A stretch of DNA of 64,000 nt from Halodesulfurarchaeum sp. (lineage in GTDB: Archaea; Halobacteriota; Halobacteria; Halobacteriales; Halobacteriaceae). Positions within the stretch are counted from its first letter, which is position 1; each line of letters opens with the position of its first letter. The position numbers were made by a program, and so were the translations under genes. The notes under the pieces are model-generated. The model was given only the letters and a program-made list of their open reading frames with translations. It searched no databases and had not been told where the DNA came from. The stretch covers positions 960,001 to 1,024,000 of the forward strand of contig JAXHNL010000002.1 in NCBI GenBank assembly GCA_034520565.1, in the 5' to 3' direction. This document shows, piece by piece, positions 21,069 to 30,912 of the stretch.

Positions 21069-22112
21069 TCAGTCCGGCCGCGGGGCGTCCTCGACGAGGC
21101 GGTACTCGCGGCGCTGGGCGGCCCCCGAGGCCGCGAGGAGGTCGTACTGTTCGAGCTTCCGGACGTACTTCCGGACCGTCCGTCGCGAGCGCGGCTCGTC
21201 CATTCGTTCGGCATATCGCTCGTAGATCGCCCCCGGGCTGAGCGGCCCGGCCGCCGCGAGGAGGTCGTAGATCGCCCGCTGGTGGTCGTTCAGCCGGTCG
21301 AGGGTCGCCCGGCGCACGTCGTGGCTGGCCGCGTCGATCGCCGCTGCCACGTGCTCGGGCTCGATCCGCTCCGTGCCGTCCTCGACGGCCCGCCGGGCGG
21401 CCCCCTCGAGTGCAGCGATAGCGTCGCGAGCGTTGCCGTTCGCGGCCCGGGCGATGTCGACGAGCAAGTCGTGCTCGACGACGTCGGGCTGGAGGCCGTG
21501 TCTGGCCCGCTGCTCGAGGATCGGTTCGAGTTCCGCGGCCGTGTAGGGGACAAAGGGTACCTCGACGAAGGTGCGGAGCCGGGACTGGATCCGCTCGTCC
21601 AGTCCGGCAGTCACGCCGGCCCGATCGTTCGCGGTCACGACGACCGCGAGGTCGGGCGTCTCGTAGAGATCATAGAGCACTTCGGGTTCGGCGAGCTGGT
21701 CGGCCTCGTCGAGGACCACGACGACGGGCGTCTCGATCGCCCGGAGGGCGTCCTGGAGTGCCGCCGCGGCGTGGTCCCGGGTCCGCACCCGTTCGCCTTC
21801 GATGGCCTCGACGATCCGGTAGAGGACACGGTAGCGGGAGTGCTCGGACCAGCAGTTGACGACGGCGGTGTGTATGTCACCGGCGTGGGTGGCGAGTTTC
21901 TCGAGGAGGTAGCGACTCCCGCTCGTCTTGCCCGTCCCGGAGGGGCCGGCGAGGAAGAGTCCGGATGCGGGTTCGCCATCGAGGATCGGCTCGAGGGCCG
22001 TCGCCATCGTGTCGAGTTGGCCCTCCCGGGAGTGGAAATCCGCCGGCACCCAGTCGGCATGGAATACCGTTCGGTCCGCGAAGATCGCGCCCCGGTTGGA
22101 CCGACGCAGCAT
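21069..22112 (-). CDS. Orc1/Cdc6-family AAA+ ATPase
   Basis: Walker A GPSGTGKT, Walker B VLDEAD, RIQSRL, GNARDAI, C-terminal winged helix. Confidence 0.9.
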   Translation of the reverse strand: MLRRSNRGAIFADRTVFHADWVPADFHSREGQLDTMATALEPILDGEPASGLFLAGPSGTGKTSGSRYLLEKLATHAGDIHTAVVNCWSEHSRYRVLYRIVEAIEGERVRTRDHAAAALQDALRAIETPVVVVLDEADQLAEPEVLYDLYETPDLAVVVTANDRAGVTAGLDERIQSRLRTFVEVPFVPYTAAELEPILEQRARHGLQPDVVEHDLLVDIARAANGNARDAIAALEGAARRAVEDGTERIEPEHVAAAIDAASHDVRRATLDRLNDHQRAIYDLLAAAGPLSPGAIYERYAERMDEPRSRRTVRKYVRKLEQYDLLAASGAAQRREYRLVEDAPRPD

Positions 22113-22158
22113 GGGCGATCGTCGGTGATCGTCGGCCTAAACGGCATGCCTACCGTGG

Positions 22159-22169
22159 TGAAAGTGAAA
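22159..22169 (-). promoter_or_regulatory. TTTCACTTTCA DNA-damage-response element upstream of the cdc6-like gene
   Basis: + strand TGAAAGTGAAA, 47-57 nt upstream of ATG 22112 and upstream of TATA-like TTTAGG (22141-22136). Confidence 0.7.
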
Positions 22170-22341
22170 CTTGCAAGCCGATACCGGTCAGAACCGTTCC
22201 GTTCGAGCGCGACAACGGATCGACTGCCCGGATATTCCGACTGAAACGGTCCATTTCGGCTGTATCGACACGATTACTAGAAGTCTAATGTATGAAAAAA
22301 CTCTTAATCACCTGACGAAATCGTCTAGTGGATTAGGACGA

Positions 22342-22773
22342 ATGCACGATAACATTTTGATCACCTCCGACGGAAGTGACCGGGCCGAACAGGGCGTCAA
22401 GTACGGTCTCAAACTCGCCGAGGAGACGGGAGCGAAGGTGCACGCCCTGTACGTGGTCGAAACGAAAGCCGCCTACATCTTGACCGTCGGGATTTCGGAC
22501 GACGAGATGACCGAACACGAGGCCTACGGCGAGGACGTCGTCACGGAGATCGTCGAATCGGCCGCCGATCGCGATCTGGAGGCCGTCGGAGTCGTCAAAA
22601 AGGGAAAACCCGCCGAGGAGATCGTCGAGTACGCCCGTAACAAGGATATCGACATGATCATCATGGGAAAACAGGGGCACGGAGCCGTGGAGAAGTACAT
22701 CGGGAGCACCTCCGAGAAGGTGATGCGGATGGCCGGTATTCCTGTCACCATCGTCGGACGATCGCCGGTCTAA
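22342..22773 (+). CDS. Universal stress protein (UspA family)
   Basis: NILITSDGS, MIIMGKQG, IGSTSEKV. Confidence 0.9.
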   Translation: MHDNILITSDGSDRAEQGVKYGLKLAEETGAKVHALYVVETKAAYILTVGISDDEMTEHEAYGEDVVTEIVESAADRDLEAVGVVKKGKPAEEIVEYARNKDIDMIIMGKQGHGAVEKYIGSTSEKVMRMAGIPVTIVGRSPV

Positions 22774-22839
22774 CCGGATGAACCCGCTGCCCGGTCCGAC
22801 TGAAGCCGTTCACAACAATCAAAGGCACGCGGATCAGGG

Positions 22840-23073
22840 ATGAAGACAGACGGACTCGACGCGATGAAATCGAAACGACCGACCTCTCGAACGCTATTGC
22901 GGGTATTTCTCCTGCTCGGTGGCGGTCTTTCGTTCGGGTATGGTCTGTGGGCGGAGGTGACTCGGTTCATCGGTCTCGGAGCGCTCGCAGCGGTTCTCGG
23001 CGGGGGTGGACTCGTTCACCGTCGATGGGAGCGCCACAAGCCCGAGGAACCAGATTCGGAGGCGAAGGGGTAA
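22840..23073 (+). CDS. Small 2-TM hypothetical membrane protein
   Basis: Two hydrophobic stretches; ORF located between the USP genes. Confidence 0.5.
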   Translation: MKTDGLDAMKSKRPTSRTLLRVFLLLGGGLSFGYGLWAEVTRFIGLGALAAVLGGGGLVHRRWERHKPEEPDSEAKG

Positions 23074-23076
23074 TCG

Positions 23077-23229
23077 ATGGCCGAACTCGTCGCCACCATG
23101 GCAACCGTCGCACTCGTCGTCTTGCTCGGGGGTGCCGCCGTCTTTTTCCTCCGGGGGGAGTACTTCTTCGCCGGCTTTCTCCTGACGCTCGTCGCCTTTG
23201 CAATATACGTCCGCGAGAGAAACAGGTAG
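23077..23229 (+). CDS. 50-aa 2-TM hypothetical membrane protein (not in ORF track)
   Basis: MAELVATMATVALVVLLGGAAVFFLRGEYFFAGFLLTLVAFAIYVRERNR*, 3 nt after the previous stop. Confidence 0.55.
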   Translation: MAELVATMATVALVVLLGGAAVFFLRGEYFFAGFLLTLVAFAIYVRERNR

Positions 23230-23422
23230 GTGTCATCTCCCCGCGTCGGTCGAGCACGCCGAAACTCGTCCTGTTTTCGCCGGTTGTGGGTTCCGGTCGC
23301 GGTTGCTGGGTTCGTTCGTGGAGGGACGAGCTCCAGTGACCGGACGATCGAGGGTGGAACGCACACCGCCACAGGAAGTATACAAACTTATTTTTATTTA
23401 TTCCTCCGTTTATCATACGAAG

Positions 23423-23848
23423 ATGTACGACACGGTCCTTATCGCGACTGACGGGAGCGAGGAGAGCGAGCCGATCGTCGAGAACGCCCTCGATATGGCC
23501 GAAATGTTCGACGCCGAGGTCCACGCGATCTTCGTCGTCGAGACGAAGGCGAATTACATCCTCACGATGGGGATTTCCGAGGGGGAACTGGAGAATTACC
23601 GTGCGATGGGCCAGGAAATCGTCGATGACGTCGTCGCCCGGGCCGAATCTCGGGGACTCGACGGGAAAGGCGTGGTTCGAACCGGGAAAATCGCCGACGA
23701 GGTCAGTGAGTACGCATCGGAGGCCGACGTGGATGGGGTGTTTATCGGCGAGCGGGGTCACGGAAAGACCATCGACAAGTACGTCGGATCGAACACGGAG
23801 AAAATCGTCCGCCAGTGTTCGAAACCTGTGACGATCATCCGCGTCTAA
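23423..23848 (+). CDS. Universal stress protein (UspA family)
   Basis: MYDTVLIATDGS, GERGHG, VGSNTEKIV. Confidence 0.9.
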   Translation: MYDTVLIATDGSEESEPIVENALDMAEMFDAEVHAIFVVETKANYILTMGISEGELENYRAMGQEIVDDVVARAESRGLDGKGVVRTGKIADEVSEYASEADVDGVFIGERGHGKTIDKYVGSNTEKIVRQCSKPVTIIRV

Positions 23849-23973
23849 CCGCCGGGAGAGCCACGGGCGCGGGCTCCTCGTTGACCGTCGTTCTGCTACA
23901 TTCGAAACGGCGAACCCGTAACGGCTGACCGACGTCGATCGGTTTCCCGCCGGTCAAAAATATCAGTCGGTCG

Positions 23974-25782
23974 TCAATCGCCGGCTTCCACGACCGTATC
24001 CTCGTCTCGCTTGTGGATGCCCGTGACGATCTCCCCTTGCGAACTTTCGACGACGACGCCCTCCTCCGCTCTGAGTTCGTCGATCCGATCGCGGAACTCT
24101 TCGGAGCGCATGATTTTGACTTCTTCGGCGAGGCCCTTCCAGATGGCGTAGATCATGAACAGGAGGATCGCCAGGAACGGCAGTCCGCTCGTGATCGCGG
24201 CCGCCTGCAGGGCATTGAGGGCCTGATCGCCCCCAGCGACGAGCAATGCGATGGCGACGAGTCCCTCGGAGGCCGCCCAGAAGACGCGGCCACCGACTGC
24301 TGCCTTGTGCTTTCCGCCGGAACTCAGGTGATCGAGCACCAGTGATCCGGAGTCGGAGGACGTGACGAAGAACGTCGTGACGAGGATGATGGCGATCGAC
24401 GAGAGGAACACCGTCCCCGGGAACTGCTCGAACATGGCGAACATCGCGACGTCCAACCCGAGTTCGTTCAGTGCCGTCATGACCGGGCCGCCGGCTTCAC
24501 CGGTCGCCTGGAGCACGTCGAGTTCCATCTTCAGCGCCGACCCGCCCAGGGCGCTGAACCAGACAAAGGACAGGATGACCGGAATCATCATGACGCCGCC
24601 GATGAACTCCCGGATGTTCCGCCCCTTCGAAATTCGGGCGATGAACATGCCGACGAACGGCGACCACGCGATCCACCACGCCCAGTAGAACACCGTCCAG
24701 TCGGTGAGGAAGGTTCCGGCGCCACCTCCGTCAGGTGCGTACCAGTGTCCCTGGAAGTACGGCCCTTCTATCGCGCCGCTGAAGAAGGACAGTTCGACGA
24801 GGTTGCTGAGGTACGCTCCGATCCCCTGTGGGATCGCCTCCAGGATGAACATGGTGGGCCCGAGGATGATCGTCGCCACAAGGAGCGTAATCATCAGGAA
24901 GAGGTTGACGTTGCTCAACCGGCGAATCCCCTTGTCGATGCCCAGGTACACCGAGACCGAGGCTATCGCCGTAATAATCATGATGAGGACCACCTGCGTG
25001 CCGACACTGAACGGAATGGCGGGGAACCCAGCGATGGATTCCCCCATGTAATTCAATCCGCGGTTGATCTGCAAGGCCCCGAGACCGAGCGACGTGACGA
25101 GACCGAACAGCGTCGCAAAGATGGTGAGGATGTCGATGACGTGTCCACCCCAGCCGTAGATGCGTTCCCCGAGGACGGGCCAGAAGATCGAGCGGAAGGT
25201 GAGCGGGAGCCCACGGTTGTACGAGAAGAACGCCAGACTGAGCGCGACCAGTGCGTACACTGCCCATGGATGGACCCCCCAGTGGTACAGCGAGACACCG
25301 AGTGCGACCTCGGCGGAGGCCTGGCTGAGTGGCTCGGCCCCGAGATGTGGCATCTGGTAGTGCCAGATCGGTTCTGCGACACCGTAGAACATCAATCCGA
25401 TCCCCATCCCGGCACTGAACAGCATCGCGATCCACGATATGTCGCTGTATTCCTGCACACCGTCGACCCCGCCGAGACGGATATTGCCGTACTTACTGAT
25501 GGCGAGATAAATCATGAAGATGATGATGATGTTCACGCCGAGGATGAAGAACCACGCGAAGTATTCACCGAGCGTTTCCCGTGCGCCGTTGAACATTTCA
25601 CCGGCGGTGTCCGGGAAGAGCAAGGAGAGAACGATGAAGAGGACGATGACGCCGCCGCCGATCAGAAAGACCGGCGGATTGACGTCGAACCCGAACCCCT
25701 TCCAGTTGTTCTCTCCCGGCTCGTGACCCGTGTCTATGTGGAACAGTTCGCCTTGGATTCCTCGTTTGCCTTCATCAGCCAT
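23974..25782 (-). CDS. BCCT-family (betaine/choline/carnitine) transporter
   Basis: WIAMLFSAGMGIGLMFYGVAEP, HWGVHPW, WTVFYWAWWIAWSPFVGMFIARIS. Confidence 0.95.
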   Translation of the reverse strand: MADEGKRGIQGELFHIDTGHEPGENNWKGFGFDVNPPVFLIGGGVIVLFIVLSLLFPDTAGEMFNGARETLGEYFAWFFILGVNIIIIFMIYLAISKYGNIRLGGVDGVQEYSDISWIAMLFSAGMGIGLMFYGVAEPIWHYQMPHLGAEPLSQASAEVALGVSLYHWGVHPWAVYALVALSLAFFSYNRGLPLTFRSIFWPVLGERIYGWGGHVIDILTIFATLFGLVTSLGLGALQINRGLNYMGESIAGFPAIPFSVGTQVVLIMIITAIASVSVYLGIDKGIRRLSNVNLFLMITLLVATIILGPTMFILEAIPQGIGAYLSNLVELSFFSGAIEGPYFQGHWYAPDGGGAGTFLTDWTVFYWAWWIAWSPFVGMFIARISKGRNIREFIGGVMMIPVILSFVWFSALGGSALKMELDVLQATGEAGGPVMTALNELGLDVAMFAMFEQFPGTVFLSSIAIILVTTFFVTSSDSGSLVLDHLSSGGKHKAAVGGRVFWAASEGLVAIALLVAGGDQALNALQAAAITSGLPFLAILLFMIYAIWKGLAEEVKIMRSEEFRDRIDELRAEEGVVVESSQGEIVTGIHKRDEDTVVEAGD

Positions 25783-26104
25783 ACTGTCACCTCGCTTTGT
25801 TTCGTCCCGTCGCAGTTGTCTTGAACATACGTCTTGGTCACAAGTCGGTTGGTCGCGGTCTTATCGCACGGTTCAAATATTCGGACGACAGCTCCCTTTG
25901 CTCCGCTCTGTCACAACCCATGCGAACCTATAACCGAAACTCAAGTGCAGCGACTTCATTCTTTGGTTGTCTGTTCGAAAGTGGCTCGAACCCGTCGCCC
26001 GTCTCGCATCTACCGGACTCGCTTGCCTGACAACTGTTCTCACTGAGCTGCCGGGTGTGACCGCTTCGTTCCAGTGGCAACCGGTCCGCCGAGAGGACGA
26101 CAGT

Positions 26105-26410
26105 TCAGGTCTTCCAGACCACGATTCGTCCGAACCGGTACGGGCGGAGGAAAAAGGAGCCGAAAAAGAGGACGGCCCCGATTCCGAAGTCGAGACCGGC
26201 GACGGCGAGAAGTATTGGCGCGCCACCGGACCAGAACGGAACCGCCATCACGATCGTCATCAGCACGACGAACACCAGAAAGAGCCCGAGGGCCACCCGT
26301 TGGACCTCGGCACGTGGGTTGAAACCACAGGTGGGACAGGCCGTCTCACCCGCCGGAACCGGGTTTCCGCATTTTTGACACGGTCGCTCATCCGAACCCA
26401 GGGACGTCAT
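26105..26410 (-). CDS. Zinc-ribbon membrane protein
   Basis: CQKCG...CPTCG followed by two TM helices. Confidence 0.7.
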   Translation of the reverse strand: MTSLGSDERPCQKCGNPVPAGETACPTCGFNPRAEVQRVALGLFLVFVVLMTIVMAVPFWSGGAPILLAVAGLDFGIGAVLFFGSFFLRPYRFGRIVVWKT

Positions 26411-26463
26411 ACAAATGCCTCGCCCCACCGTGGCTTAAGCCTGGTGAGACGGGTCGGTGAGGA

Positions 26464-27414
26464 CTACTGGAATGCGGCTGGACGCTCACCGGGCAGCCGA
26501 TCTCGGTCGTGTGGTGCCTCGAAATCCAGATCGGGCCCCCGGGCCACGATCCGTTTGGGATTGAGCTGGGGGTGTGTTCGGTAGTAGTGCTCCGTGATGT
26601 GGGCCATGTTCACCGTCTCGGAGACGCCGGGAAGCTGGTAGACGTCGCGGGTGTGGCCCCACAGGTTGGGATAGTCGCGGATCTGCCTGACGTTGCACTT
26701 GAAGTGGGTGTGATAGACCGAATCGAAGCGGGAAAGCGTGGCAAAGAGGCGCAGGTCGGCGAGGGACAGCTGTTCGCCAACCAGATACCGCCGATCGGCG
26801 AGACGGTCCTCCCACCGGGAAAGCGCCGCGAAGAGGTCATCGATCGCCTCGTCGTAGGCGGCCTGTGAGTCCGCGAATCCGGCCCGGTAGACGCCGTTGT
26901 TGACCGTATCGTAGAGTTCCGCGACGACTCGGTCGATTTCCTCGCGTCGATTTTCGGGATAGAGTTCGACGGCCCCGTCTCGGCGGGACTCGAAGGCGGT
27001 CGCGAGCATGCGCATGATCTCGATCGACTCGTTGTTGACGATGGTCTCGTGGGTCCGATCCCAGAGGACAGGCACGGTCGGCCGATCCGCGTAGCGCTCG
27101 TCGGCGAGGTGGTACACCTCCTCGAGGTAGTCCATGCCGTTGACCGTGTCCCGCGTGCAGCCGTCCTTTTCGGGAGTGAACTGCCAGCCCCGCTCCTCGC
27201 GATACGGGTCCACGACGTCCATCGAGATGACGTCCTCGAGACCCAGCAGTTTTCGGACGAGTGCGGCTCCGTGAGCCCACGGACACGCTCGCGAGATGTA
27301 GAGGTGATACCGGCCCGGTTCCGGCTGGAAGGCGGCGTCCGGGTCGTCCCTGATCCGGTCCCGGAAGACCGCCTCCTGGCGTTCGAATCGGCCGACCTCG
27401 TCGGACTTGAACAT
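26464..27414 (-). CDS. Glutathionyl-hydroquinone reductase / Xi-class GST (YqjG-like)
   Basis: RYHLYISRACPWAH, TVPVLWD, IVNNES, VNNGVY, HFKCN. Confidence 0.9.
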   Translation of the reverse strand: MFKSDEVGRFERQEAVFRDRIRDDPDAAFQPEPGRYHLYISRACPWAHGAALVRKLLGLEDVISMDVVDPYREERGWQFTPEKDGCTRDTVNGMDYLEEVYHLADERYADRPTVPVLWDRTHETIVNNESIEIMRMLATAFESRRDGAVELYPENRREEIDRVVAELYDTVNNGVYRAGFADSQAAYDEAIDDLFAALSRWEDRLADRRYLVGEQLSLADLRLFATLSRFDSVYHTHFKCNVRQIRDYPNLWGHTRDVYQLPGVSETVNMAHITEHYYRTHPQLNPKRIVARGPDLDFEAPHDRDRLPGERPAAFQ

Positions 27415-27539
27415 ACCGGCGTCTCGGTGCGGCGCCGTAAATAGGCGGTGTCAGCGGCAGTTTCGGACCGGTTTCGTTCCGACCCGGATTTCGCTGCCGA
27501 CCCAATTACGTCGAACCCGGGTGCTCGATGTCGATGTGA

Positions 27540-28175
27540 TCACTCCGAGTCCGGGTGCTCGATGCCGGCGAACATCGTGTCCACCCCGGCCTGCTCTGCC
27601 GTCATGACCGAGGGGTGGACCGCGACGCCGATGACGTAATCGTCCTCGTGGGCGACCCGGAAGAGGTGAACGGTGACGTCGACCTCCTGGCCGGCGAACT
27701 CGGTCGTGGCATCGAAGACCGAGACGGTCGCGTCCTCGCCGAGGACGGTCACTGTGCGGTTGTCACGAAACGTCGCGTCCGAGAATCCAGCCTGGCCCGC
27801 GGCGACCGTGTCGAGGAGCTGGCGCGGTCCCATCTTGCCCACGGGGTTCACGGCCTGGCCCGCCATGGTCATCTGCGGGGTCGAGACCACGGCCACGGTC
27901 CCGACGGCGTCAGTGGTCGCTATCGCGAGGTCCCGCTCGTAGGTGGCGATCCAGTTTTCCGCTTCGATGGTCCGTTCTTGACCGAGCGCCTCGACGGTCC
28001 GGTTGATCGATTGGCTCTCGACGCCGACGAGCTCGTACTGGGCGTCCTGCTGGGCGGTCTCCGAGACGGTCGCCGCGTCGGCCGTGAATTCGAGGGTCTC
28101 TCCAGTGAGGAGTGCACACCCACTCAGGGCAACGAGTGCTGCAAGTGCCACGACAGCCAGTGTCCGTCGGTTCAT
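27540..28175 (-). CDS. Haloarchaeal lipoprotein (DUF6517-like)
   Basis: MNRR...LSGC lipobox; VVSTP...GQAVNPVG; HEDDYVIGVAVHP. Confidence 0.75.
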   Translation of the reverse strand: MNRRTLAVVALAALVALSGCALLTGETLEFTADAATVSETAQQDAQYELVGVESQSINRTVEALGQERTIEAENWIATYERDLAIATTDAVGTVAVVSTPQMTMAGQAVNPVGKMGPRQLLDTVAAGQAGFSDATFRDNRTVTVLGEDATVSVFDATTEFAGQEVDVTVHLFRVAHEDDYVIGVAVHPSVMTAEQAGVDTMFAGIEHPDSE

Positions 28176-28224
28176 ACCCTCCATAGGAGCCCGAGACATC
28201 TCAACCTTGCCGTGGGAGAGCCGG

Positions 28225-29139
28225 TCAATCGGCAGCCGAATCAGTCTCCTCGACCGGCTGTTCGCCGTCGGGGAGGGTCTCACCAAGCCGCTCGAGGACC
28301 CGCCGTCCCTGCACCTCGTCGCCGAGCGCGCGGACCAGTGCGAGGGCCCGCTGGGTCCGAGTCTGCCGCCAGGAGGCCTCGCGGGCCTCGTAGGTCCGGA
28401 TCGCCCGGAGGAAGTCGACCTTCGAGAACTCCGGCCAGTATGGCGTACAGAAGAAGGCGGCGGCCTCGTTCCCGTTCGCATACCAGGGCAGGAAGTTGCT
28501 CGTCCGCTCGTCGCCGCCGGTCCGGACGATGAGGTCGACATCCCGCATCGACCCGTGGTAGAGCCGCGACTCGATCGTATCCACGTCCACCGTTTCGGGC
28601 TCGATCTCGTCCTCGGCGACGCCACTTGCCACTTCCCGGGTGACATCGAGCAGGGCGGCCCGGCCGCCGTAGGCGATGGCGACGTTGAGCGTCAGGGCGT
28701 CGTACTCGGCGGTCCGGCGCTGGGCGTACTCGATGGCCTCCCGGACCCGCTCGGGCATTCGGTGGGTCTGGCCGAGCACCCGGATGTCCACCTCGTCCTC
28801 GTGGACCCGGTCGCTGTCGGCGAACTCGTAGAGCTTCTCGGCGAGCAGATCGAAGAGGTGTTCGCGCTCCTCGGCGGGCCGGTCGAAATTCTCCGTGGAG
28901 AAGGCATAGATGGTCAGCTCCTCGATCCCCAGTTGGGCACACCACTCGAGGACGCGCTCGGTGGTTTTTGCCCCGGCTTCGTGGCCCTCCTTTGCCGCTT
29001 CGCCGTGTTCGCGGGCGTAGCGGCGGTTCCCGTCCTGGATGATCGCCACGTGCGTGGGCGCCCCCGAGATCTCCCGGTGGAGCAATCGCTCGTAGATGGC
29101 CCGGAAGCCGCGGGTGACCCACTCTCGCATCGTTTGCAT
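28225..29139 (-). CDS. uppS: Polyprenyl diphosphate synthase (cis-prenyltransferase catalytic subunit)
   Basis: HVAIIQDGNRRYA, YAFSTENFDRP, AYGGR, RTGGDERTSNFLPW. Confidence 0.92.
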   Translation of the reverse strand: MQTMREWVTRGFRAIYERLLHREISGAPTHVAIIQDGNRRYAREHGEAAKEGHEAGAKTTERVLEWCAQLGIEELTIYAFSTENFDRPAEEREHLFDLLAEKLYEFADSDRVHEDEVDIRVLGQTHRMPERVREAIEYAQRRTAEYDALTLNVAIAYGGRAALLDVTREVASGVAEDEIEPETVDVDTIESRLYHGSMRDVDLIVRTGGDERTSNFLPWYANGNEAAAFFCTPYWPEFSKVDFLRAIRTYEAREASWRQTRTQRALALVRALGDEVQGRRVLERLGETLPDGEQPVEETDSAAD

Positions 29140-29292
29140 CGATGCCCCCGGCGTCCATGAGTTTTCCGCTTGAATCGCCGGTCACGATTGTGAGCCTGCT
29201 TCGTGTCGTTTCGGCGGTCCTGCCACGGACCGTTCGGGCTCCGGCGTCGTGGAGACCGGAGCGGCTAAACGGACCCTCGCCCAATCACGACT

Positions 29293-29709
29293 ATGGCCGA
29301 GGCAGTCGACACCGAACTCTACCAGGAGGCGGTCTCGCTTCTGGGTCCGGGCGAGGCCGAACTCGCCGGGATCGTCGTTCACACGGACTTCGATGGGACC
29401 GAGGAGCCGGCGATGAACGAGTTGATGCTCTCGATCGGCGAGCGGATCGCCGACCAGCTCCAGGACGGCGAGATGTACGTCTATGCCGGCGAGGACGACG
29501 ACCGCTTCGGTGCGGGACAGTTCCACGGCCGACGGCTGGGAGACGATAGCGTCATCTGGGAGTGTCAGCAACTGCTCCGCGAGCACACGTTCGACCTCGT
29601 CTTTTACTGGGAACGGGTCGGCGAACAGGGGGCCATCGTCTCCGCGGTGAACGAACTCGTCGACACGGTCGTTCCGATCACCGAAGACGGGTTCGTCGTG
29701 CCGGAGTAG
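29293..29709 (+). CDS. Conserved haloarchaeal hypothetical protein (DUF5778-like)
   Basis: Acidic ORF with QFHG...WECQQLLRE.TFDLVFYW. Confidence 0.7.
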   Translation: MAEAVDTELYQEAVSLLGPGEAELAGIVVHTDFDGTEEPAMNELMLSIGERIADQLQDGEMYVYAGEDDDRFGAGQFHGRRLGDDSVIWECQQLLREHTFDLVFYWERVGEQGAIVSAVNELVDTVVPITEDGFVVPE

Positions 29710-29844
29710 GCGGTGGCGTCAGCCTCGCTCTGTCCGTGATCGGCGGTGGCCCAGTCCGGGACTGGTCGGGCCGGCCCATCCCGCCCAATCGGCCCTCCGT
29801 GCCGGAACGGAAGCTCGTTTCACGCTTGCACTCCACTGGACGGT

Positions 29845-30117
29845 ATGGGAGAGACACTCGCGGCCGAAACCGTTCGGAACCGACTCCCGGAGGGCTGGAC
29901 GTACGAGGACGACCACATCGTTCGAACCGTCGACTTCGACTCGTATCTCGACGGGGTGGACTTCGCGACCGCGGTCGCCGAACTCGCCGACGAGGCCTTT
30001 CACCATCCACGAATCGTGATCGAGTTCCGTTCGGTCACCGTCGAGTTCACCAGCCACGATGTCGGTGGCGTCACCGAACGGGACCTCGAACTCGCCGAAC
30101 AGGTGGCACAGCTGTGA
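29845..30117 (+). CDS. Pterin-4-alpha-carbinolamine dehydratase
   Basis: HHPRI and TSHDVGGVTERDLELA motifs. Confidence 0.88.
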   Translation: MGETLAAETVRNRLPEGWTYEDDHIVRTVDFDSYLDGVDFATAVAELADEAFHHPRIVIEFRSVTVEFTSHDVGGVTERDLELAEQVAQL

Positions 30118-30187
30118 ACGCTCCCGAACACACCCGTTCGGGGCCCAACGCAAAACACTTATCCGCCCGTTGACAACTGATACTCGA

Positions 30188-30838
30188 ATGGAGCCCGAGG
30201 CCTACGATTTCTGGTTGCTCGATCTCGACGGGACGCTGGTCGACACGGAGTGGGCCTACACGCGGCGGGTCTTCGACGCGGTGGGCGAGGAATTGGGATA
30301 CCACTTCACCGACCAGGAGGCACGCTCGCTCTGGCACGGACTCGTCGGCTCGCGGGACGCCCATCTCGAGCGGCTGGGCTTCGAACCGGTCGAGTTCTGG
30401 GAGACGTTCCACGCGGTCGAAGACCCGAAAGAGCGGGCCGCGGCGACCTACCTCCACGAGGACGCGGCGTTCGTCGCGGACCTCGAGGTTCCGGTCGGGG
30501 TCGTCACTCACTCCCAGCCGTTCCTCGCCGAACCGGTGATGGAGACCCTCGACATCGCCGACTGGTTCGACACGGTTGTCACCTGCTCGGAGGATCTGGG
30601 CTGGAAGCCCGACCCGACCCCGCTCGAAGCGGCGATGGACGAACTCGATGTCGATCCCCACGAACAGCAGGGAGTGATGGCCGGCGACGCGGACACCGAC
30701 GTCGGCGCGGCCTGGAACGCGGGCCTCGACGCCGTTCACGTCGAGCGCCACGGGGCCTGTGAGCGTGGCAAGTGCGTGCTGGGGGATTATCGCGTCTCGA
30801 GCTTTGCGGAGCTGTGGTCACAGTCGGCCTCGGACTGA
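30188..30838 (+). CDS. HAD-superfamily hydrolase
   Basis: LDLDGTL, KPDP, GDADTDV. Confidence 0.88.
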   Translation: MEPEAYDFWLLDLDGTLVDTEWAYTRRVFDAVGEELGYHFTDQEARSLWHGLVGSRDAHLERLGFEPVEFWETFHAVEDPKERAAATYLHEDAAFVADLEVPVGVVTHSQPFLAEPVMETLDIADWFDTVVTCSEDLGWKPDPTPLEAAMDELDVDPHEQQGVMAGDADTDVGAAWNAGLDAVHVERHGACERGKCVLGDYRVSSFAELWSQSASD

Positions 30839-30912
30839 ACCATTACGAGCTGTTCTGCCCCACGATCACTCGTGATTCTCAGCACGGGACACGATCCGCC
30901 CCTTCGAGCCCT

